From Delftia acidovorans NBRC 14950 (lineage in GTDB: Bacteria; Pseudomonadota; Gammaproteobacteria; Burkholderiales; Burkholderiaceae_C), in the NCBI RefSeq assembly GCF_001598795.1, contig NZ_BCZP01000004.1, forward strand, positions 120,001-152,000: DNA of 32,000 nucleotides. Direction: 5' to 3'. Both the position numbers and the translations under genes were made by a program. Below the pieces are notes generated by a model. It searched no databases and had not been told where the DNA came from. It saw only the letters and a program-made list of their open reading frames with translations. Each line of letters opens with the position of its first letter. The stretch's first letter is position 1. Shown one piece after another: positions 27,791-32,000 of the stretch.

Positions 27791-28921
27791 CTACTTTGCG
27801 GCCTTGAAATCCGACTCGCTCATGCCGCGCCGCCAATAGGCCACGACCAGCTGCTCGTGCTTTTCCAGACCGCGCTCCTCGCGCGCCCACTGGCGCACGG
27901 CCTGGGCGGTGTCGAACTCGCCAGCGGCCCAGACAAAGCGGCTGGAGGGGGAGGCCCCGGGCGAAGGCACGGGCCATTCCACGGCGCGCAGCGCGTCGAT
28001 CAGCAGCGTGGTGGTGCCGGCCTCGGCAGCGCCGCGGTGCAGCCAGTGCCATTGCAGGCCTGCGGGCGCCTGCACGGGCTGCTCGTCCTGCGGACCCTGG
28101 ACCTCGGCAAACACATGGCCGCGCGTGTGCGCGGGCAGGGAGGCCGCAATGCGCAGCATGGCCGGCAGGCCGGTGTCGTCGCCGGCCAGCAGCATCCAGT
28201 CGGCCGGGGTGGCCGTGCGCCCGCCGGGGCCGGTCATGCCGATGCGCTGGCCCGGCTGGGCGCGCGCGGCCCAGGCTGACCCGGGGCCGGCGTCCTCGTG
28301 CAGCACGAAGTCCACGTCCATCCATCCATGGGAGCCGCCCGCCTCGCTGTCCACGCCATCCACACCCATCGCACGCATGGTGTACGTGCGCATGTCCAGG
28401 CGTCCGTCACCCTCGGGCAGGCGCAGCAGGCCGCTGGCCGACAACGTGGGCCATTGGGGCTCGGCCACGCCGGGCTGGGGGAACAGCAGCTTGACGTGGA
28501 TGTTGGTGTCCTGCGCATAGCGCGCCATGTCGTCACAGGCAAAGCGCACGCGCCGCATGTGCGGCGTGAGGTCGCGCACGGCCAGCACCCGCAGCTCGCG
28601 GAAGGCCGGCGGGCGCTGCAGCGCGGCGCCATCACCCTCCCAGGCCAGGGAGCCGTCGGCGGCGCCCGTGGCCTCCAGCAGCAGGTGGGCCAGCATGAGC
28701 TTCATGTCCTGCAGCAGCTCCACGCCGGGTGCCGCCACCTCCGCATGGACCTGCCCGCCCTCCAGCCACAGCTGTCCCCGGCCGCCTTCGTAGTCGGCCA
28801 CCCAGCGCGCGCCTTCGCGGCGCACGGTGATGTCGTGCTCCTGCATGTGCCCGACGATGGCGGCGATGGCCTCCTCGGCCCTGTCCATGCGCACCGAAGT
28901 GCGTGCCTGCAGCTGTGTCAT
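27791..28921 (-). CDS. Siderophore-interacting protein (FAD-binding ferric reductase, ViuB/SIP family) with an N-terminal DUF2218-like domain (376 aa)
   Basis: ATG 28921. SIP motifs MRTYTMR (RxYT), GPGG, LLAGDDTGLPAM, WAAGE, AYWRRG. The first 95 aa or so (MTQLQARTSVRMDRAEEAIAAIVGHMQEH...) resemble the small DUF2218 proteins that usually sit next to SIP genes. Confidence 0.8.
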   Translation of the reverse strand: MTQLQARTSVRMDRAEEAIAAIVGHMQEHDITVRREGARWVADYEGGRGQLWLEGGQVHAEVAAPGVELLQDMKLMLAHLLLEATGAADGSLAWEGDGAALQRPPAFRELRVLAVRDLTPHMRRVRFACDDMARYAQDTNIHVKLLFPQPGVAEPQWPTLSASGLLRLPEGDGRLDMRTYTMRAMGVDGVDSEAGGSHGWMDVDFVLHEDAGPGSAWAARAQPGQRIGMTGPGGRTATPADWMLLAGDDTGLPAMLRIAASLPAHTRGHVFAEVQGPQDEQPVQAPAGLQWHWLHRGAAEAGTTTLLIDALRAVEWPVPSPGASPSSRFVWAAGEFDTAQAVRQWAREERGLEKHEQLVVAYWRRGMSESDFKAAK

Positions 28922-29006
28922 TGACGAATGTCCTTTCGTTCGGTGATTGCAGCATCGCCCGGCGCCCGCGGGGTTTGCGCCAGCCCCGCCGACGTTTGCG
29001 CAGCGC

Positions 29007-29038
29007 GCCCATAAGCCCATAAGCCCATAAGCCCATAC
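29007..29038. repeat. Tandem 8-bp repeat, four copies (GCCCATAA x3 plus GCCCATAC)
   Basis: Read directly: 29007-29014, 29015-29022 and 29023-29030 are identical; 29031-29038 differs at one base. Intergenic, between the AraC stop (29053) and the SIP start (28921). Confidence 0.95.
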
Positions 29039-29052
29039 GGCGGCCCTGGCCC

Positions 29053-30081
29053 TCAGAGCCTGGCGCGCACCAGCTTGGGAGAGATGCCGAAGCGGCGCTT
29101 GAAGGCCGTGGAGAAATTGGCGGCGCTGGAATAGCCGGCCGCATGCGCGACCTCGGAGACGCTGCAGCCCGTCTGCTCCAGCGCGGCCCAGGCGCGTTCC
29201 AGCCGCTGCTCGCGCCGGTACCCGTCGATGCTCGATCCGTAGGCCAGGCGGAACTGGCGCTGCAGGGCGCTGGCGCTCAGGCCGACCTCGCGCGCGATCT
29301 CGGCCAGAGGGCGGCAGCCGTCGCCGCCGCTGTCCAGCAAGGCCTTGAGGCGCGCCATGCGCCGGTGTTCGCGCACGCCCAGCACGCCCGGCACGGTCTG
29401 CGCCGGATCGGGCTCGGGCGCGTCCAGCGCCTGCACGGCCTCGTGCACCAGCTCCAGCGTGCGGCTGGCCAGCAGCAGGGGCGCAGAGCCTTCGCGCGCC
29501 AGCTGGATGATCTGCTCGGCCACCGCCACGGCGCGCGGCGATGGCTGCCAGGGCTGTATGGCCAGCAACTGCTGCTCCATCCAGTGCCGCAGCAGCGGTG
29601 GCGCGACCATGGGCAGGGCCTGGGCGGCAAACCATTGCGGCTGCACGGTGATGCTGAGCTTGCGCTCGAACTTGCCGCGCCGCCAATGCCGCATGAACAT
29701 GTCGCCGGGCCGCGAATGGATGACGGCGCCGCAGGCCTGCACATGGGCACCGGCCGGGCTGGCGGGCGCCACCTGCATCTGCAGGCCCTGGCTGCCGAAG
29801 GCCACGTCCACGCAGCCCTCCAGCAGCACGACCAGATGCAGCCCCGGCACGGCCGGCGAACGCGTGCTCATGGTGCGCAGGTCGCGCGCCTCCACGCCAT
29901 GCAGCCACAGGCCGGGCTGGACCTGCCAGGACTGCAGGTGCCCGGCCAGCAGCGCGTCCTCGGCCGTGACCTCGGCATCGAGAATGCGGTAGTCGGGACC
30001 GCTGAAGTCGCAGGCACGCAGCGTGCCCCGCCCCAGCCAGCGCGGAGGGCGTGCAGGTGTTTGGACAGAGGAAAGAGCCAT
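29053..30081 (-). CDS. AraC-family transcriptional regulator (342 aa)
   Basis: C-terminal double helix-turn-helix (LAEIAREVGLSASALQRQFRLAYG ... VSEVAHAAGYSSAANFSTAFKRRFGISP). ATG 30081 preferred, because TTG 30114 would overlap the Fur-like box. Confidence 0.85.
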   Translation of the reverse strand: MALSSVQTPARPPRWLGRGTLRACDFSGPDYRILDAEVTAEDALLAGHLQSWQVQPGLWLHGVEARDLRTMSTRSPAVPGLHLVVLLEGCVDVAFGSQGLQMQVAPASPAGAHVQACGAVIHSRPGDMFMRHWRRGKFERKLSITVQPQWFAAQALPMVAPPLLRHWMEQQLLAIQPWQPSPRAVAVAEQIIQLAREGSAPLLLASRTLELVHEAVQALDAPEPDPAQTVPGVLGVREHRRMARLKALLDSGGDGCRPLAEIAREVGLSASALQRQFRLAYGSSIDGYRREQRLERAWAALEQTGCSVSEVAHAAGYSSAANFSTAFKRRFGISPKLVRARL

Positions 30082-30112
30082 GGCCAGCCGGAGCGGCGTG
30101 CGCCCCAAAGAC

Positions 30113-30131
30113 AAGAATGATTCTCATTTTA
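30113..30131. promoter_or_regulatory. Fur-box-like palindrome upstream of the AraC gene
   Basis: AAGAATGATTCTCATTTTA matches the Fur consensus at 13 of 19 positions, with an AATGA-N5-TCATT symmetric core. Lies 32-50 nt upstream of ATG 30081. Confidence 0.5.
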
Positions 30132-30216
30132 TGGATCGCGCCGGTGCGGCGCTTTCTGCGGGGAATCCATGGCGTGCCCTGCCGCGCGCCCGGGCCGCCG
30201 TGCGCCACAATGCGTG

Positions 30217-31416
30217 ATGCTCAGCCTCCAAGACATCCAGAACGCCGCCGACCGCCTGCGCGGCGCCGTGCTCGAAACGCCCTGCGTGGAATCGCGCACG
30301 CTGTCCCAGATCACGGGAGCGCAGGTCTATCTCAAGTTCGAGAACCTGCAGTTCACGGCCTCGTTCAAGGAACGCGGCGCCCTCAACAAGCTGGCCCAGC
30401 TCTCGCCCGAGGAGCGCGCACGCGGCGTGGTCGCCATGAGCGCCGGCAACCATGCCCAGGGCGTGGCCTACCACGCGCAGCGCCTGGGCGTGCGTGCCGT
30501 CATCGTCATGCCGCGCTTCACGCCGGGCGTGAAGGTGGAGCGCACGCGCGGCTTCGGCGCCGAGATCGTGCTGCACGGCGACTCCCTGGCCGAGGCGCGC
30601 CAGCATGCCTACACGCTGGCCGAGCAGCAGGGCCTGTGCTTCGTCCACCCCTATGACGACGAGCAGATCGCGGCGGGCCAGGGCACGCTGGCGCTGGAGA
30701 TGCTGGCCGAGCAGCCCGACCTGGACCAGCTCATCGTGGCCATCGGCGGCGGCGGCCTGATCGCGGGCGTGGCCACGGCTGCCAAGGGGCTGAACCCGGA
30801 CATCGAGATCATCGGCGTGCAGACCCAGCGCTTTCCGTCCATGTTCAATGCCGTGCGCCAGGCCGGGCTGCCCATGGGCACCTCGACCATCGCCGAGGGC
30901 ATTGCCGTCACCCAGCCCGGCGCGATCACGCAGGAAGTCGTATCGCGCCTGGTGGACGACATGCTGCTGGTCGATGAAGGCGACATCGAGCAGGCCGTGC
31001 TCATGCTGCTGGAGATCGAGAAGACCCTGGTCGAGGGTGCGGGCGCCGCGGGCCTGGCCGCGCTGCTGCGCCATCCGCAGCACTTCGCGGGCAAGAAGGT
31101 GGGGCTGATCCTGTCGGGCGGCAACATCGATCCGCTGCTGCTGGCGGCCATCATCGGGCGAGGCATGGTGCGCTCCGGGCGGCTGGCGCGCATCAAGGTC
31201 AGCGCGCGCGACGTGCCCGGCGTGCTGGCGCGCATCACGGCCACGGTGGCGGCGGCGGGGGCCAATATCGAGGAAGTCCACCACCAGCGCGCCTTCACCA
31301 TGCTGGCCGCGCAGAGCGTGGAAATCGAGCTGGTGCTGCAGACCCGCAACAAGGCCCACATCGAAGAGGTCATCGCTGCCCTGCAGGCCGAAGGCATGCA
31401 GGTCAACGCCGTCTAG
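30217..31416 (+). CDS. ilvA: Threonine ammonia-lyase (threonine dehydratase, single regulatory-domain form, 399 aa)
   Basis: PLP-lysine motif FENLQFTASFKERGA, glycine loop GGGGLIAG, and a C-terminal ACT-like domain. ATG 30217 gives the typical N-terminus MLSLQDIQNAADRL. Confidence 0.85.
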   Translation: MLSLQDIQNAADRLRGAVLETPCVESRTLSQITGAQVYLKFENLQFTASFKERGALNKLAQLSPEERARGVVAMSAGNHAQGVAYHAQRLGVRAVIVMPRFTPGVKVERTRGFGAEIVLHGDSLAEARQHAYTLAEQQGLCFVHPYDDEQIAAGQGTLALEMLAEQPDLDQLIVAIGGGGLIAGVATAAKGLNPDIEIIGVQTQRFPSMFNAVRQAGLPMGTSTIAEGIAVTQPGAITQEVVSRLVDDMLLVDEGDIEQAVLMLLEIEKTLVEGAGAAGLAALLRHPQHFAGKKVGLILSGGNIDPLLLAAIIGRGMVRSGRLARIKVSARDVPGVLARITATVAAAGANIEEVHHQRAFTMLAAQSVEIELVLQTRNKAHIEEVIAALQAEGMQVNAV

Positions 31417-31522
31417 AGCCCTAGCAGGCCCCTGGCCCCCTGTGTCATGGCTTTCCCCGAAGGCGCCGGCGGGCAGGCCTGCCTAGAATGGGGCATCCCC
31501 ATTGGCAGCCAGGAGCTTTTGC

Positions 31523-31672
31523 ATGTCGCATGATCCCGCAGCGAACCACGGCGAGCAGTCGCCCCCCGAAGACGCCACCGAGGCCATCGTCCCCTACATG
31601 CCCGTCATCCTGCCCCTGGCGGGCGCCGTGATGATGTTTCTGCTGGCCTTCATCGCCGTCAACATGGCCTGA
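31523..31672 (+). CDS. Small hypothetical membrane protein (49 aa), below the ORF-track length cutoff
   Basis: AGGAG (31511-31515) is 7 nt before the ATG. Translation: MSHDPAANHGEQSPPEDATEAIVPYMPVILPLAGAVMMFLLAFIAVNMA. One hydrophobic helix. Followed by a terminator hairpin. Confidence 0.45.
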   Translation: MSHDPAANHGEQSPPEDATEAIVPYMPVILPLAGAVMMFLLAFIAVNMA

Positions 31673-31697
31673 TACGGCCCCTTCGCCCCCTGCACCG

Positions 31698-31722
31698 AGC
31701 CCCGCTTTGCGGGGCTTTTTGT
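31698..31722 (+). terminator. Rho-independent terminator after the small ORF
   Basis: Stem AGCCCCGC (31698-31705), loop TTT, stem GCGGGGCT (31709-31716), then TTTTGTTT. Confidence 0.7.
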
Positions 31723-31742
31723 TTGCCTATTGCATAGGCAAA
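31722..31742. promoter_or_regulatory. Perfect 9-3-9 inverted repeat; candidate operator
   Basis: TTTGCCTAT (31722-31730), TGC, ATAGGCAAA (31734-31742). It opens an AT-rich stretch with four TGCA(T/C)A hexamers at 31731, 31757, 31769 and 31778. Confidence 0.4.
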
Positions 31743-31801
31743 AAGACAGATCATCTTGCATATTTCAATGCACAGAATGCATAGTTTTTGCCATTCGTTT
31801 G

Positions 31802-31830
31802 CTGACAAATTCGTGACCGCTCCCTAGAAT
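31802..31830 (+). promoter_or_regulatory. Near-consensus sigma70-type promoter
   Basis: -35 CTGACA (31802-31807), exactly 17 nt of spacer, -10 TAGAAT (31825-31830). Confidence 0.5.
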
Positions 31831-31997
31831 CGAATCCCCAGCCGGTGCGCCGCCAGCTTCCGCCAGCGCCGCCTCGCCGCCCCGAGAAGAGCTTCCTTCG
31901 CGCGCCGACTGAACAAGAGCCCGTTTCTCAAAGTTGGCGCGGCAACAGGCGCGTCCCCTTTGAAAAACTGGTTTTTTCAATTGAAGGAAGCTCCGCG
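31831..31997 (+). promoter_or_regulatory. Structured 5' leader of about 160 nt with an anti-Shine-Dalgarno element, upstream of a gene whose ATG is at 31998
   Basis: GAGCTTCCTTC (31889-31899) is the perfect reverse complement of GAAGGAAGCTC (31983-31993), which covers the ribosome-binding site. A nested stem pairs CGCGCCGAC (31901-31909) with GTTGGCGCG (31933-31941). An AU hairpin, TTGAAAAA-CTGGT-TTTTTCAA, sits at 31960-31980. Confidence 0.4.
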
Positions 31998-32000
31998 ATG

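Noticed and set aside
28922-30208. N-terminal 429 codons of the 805-aa ORF 27791..30208
   Set aside because: This part is Arg/Ala/Gly/Pro-rich and overlaps the AraC gene out of frame on the same strand. It also runs through the intergenic 8-bp repeat. The SIP-family similarity begins only after ATG 28921.
31765-31980. 71-aa minus-strand ORF
   Set aside because: It lies antisense within the promoter and leader region. It has no ribosome-binding site and atypical composition. The region is better explained as a plus-strand 5' UTR.

Overview
High-GC (about 68-70%) chromosomal segment. Composition and protein similarities suggest a betaproteobacterium of the Comamonadaceae type, but this is inference only. 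I support 27 protein-coding genes from the ORF track plus one 49-aa ORF that is too short for the track.

Gene order, left to right:
- Acyl-CoA module: family III CoA-transferase and an acyl-CoA dehydrogenase.
- recQ.
- Minus-strand TonB-dependent receptor / EF-hand lipoprotein / DUF4198 operon, sitting behind a near-consensus Fur box.
- Divergent plus-strand triad: class III aminotransferase, FemAB/DUF482-type GNAT, arginase-fold enzyme.
- Convergent nine-gene minus-strand operon. It joins a NodT-type outer-membrane factor, a DevC/FtsX permease, an ABC ATPase and a HlyD adaptor to an MtnX-like HAD phosphatase, an Est30-like esterase, two half-size DMT/EamA proteins and a DegT-type aminotransferase.
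- Low-GC orphan chaperone-usher-type adhesin gene.
- BaeSR-like two-component system.
- TetR / aidB-like / acyl-CoA ligase module.
- Fur-box-associated AraC regulator with a DUF2218::siderophore-interacting-protein fusion.
- ilvA-type threonine dehydratase.
- The 49-aa membrane ORF, then an AT-rich promoter region and a structured leader running into a gene that starts at the window edge.

No rRNA, tRNA, CRISPR array, transposase or integrase was recognised.

The most notable observations are:
1. The convergent amine-tailoring plus exporter cluster at 8779-20366. It is next to Fur-controlled uptake genes and contains no NRPS, PKS, IucA/IucC or glycosyltransferase gene.
2. A 47-bp imperfect direct repeat with internal 10/11-bp phased half-sites that brackets the low-GC adhesin gene.
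3. The right-edge leader, which carries an 11-nt perfect anti-Shine-Dalgarno sequence.

All functional calls come from reading the translated sequences by eye. No database search was run.
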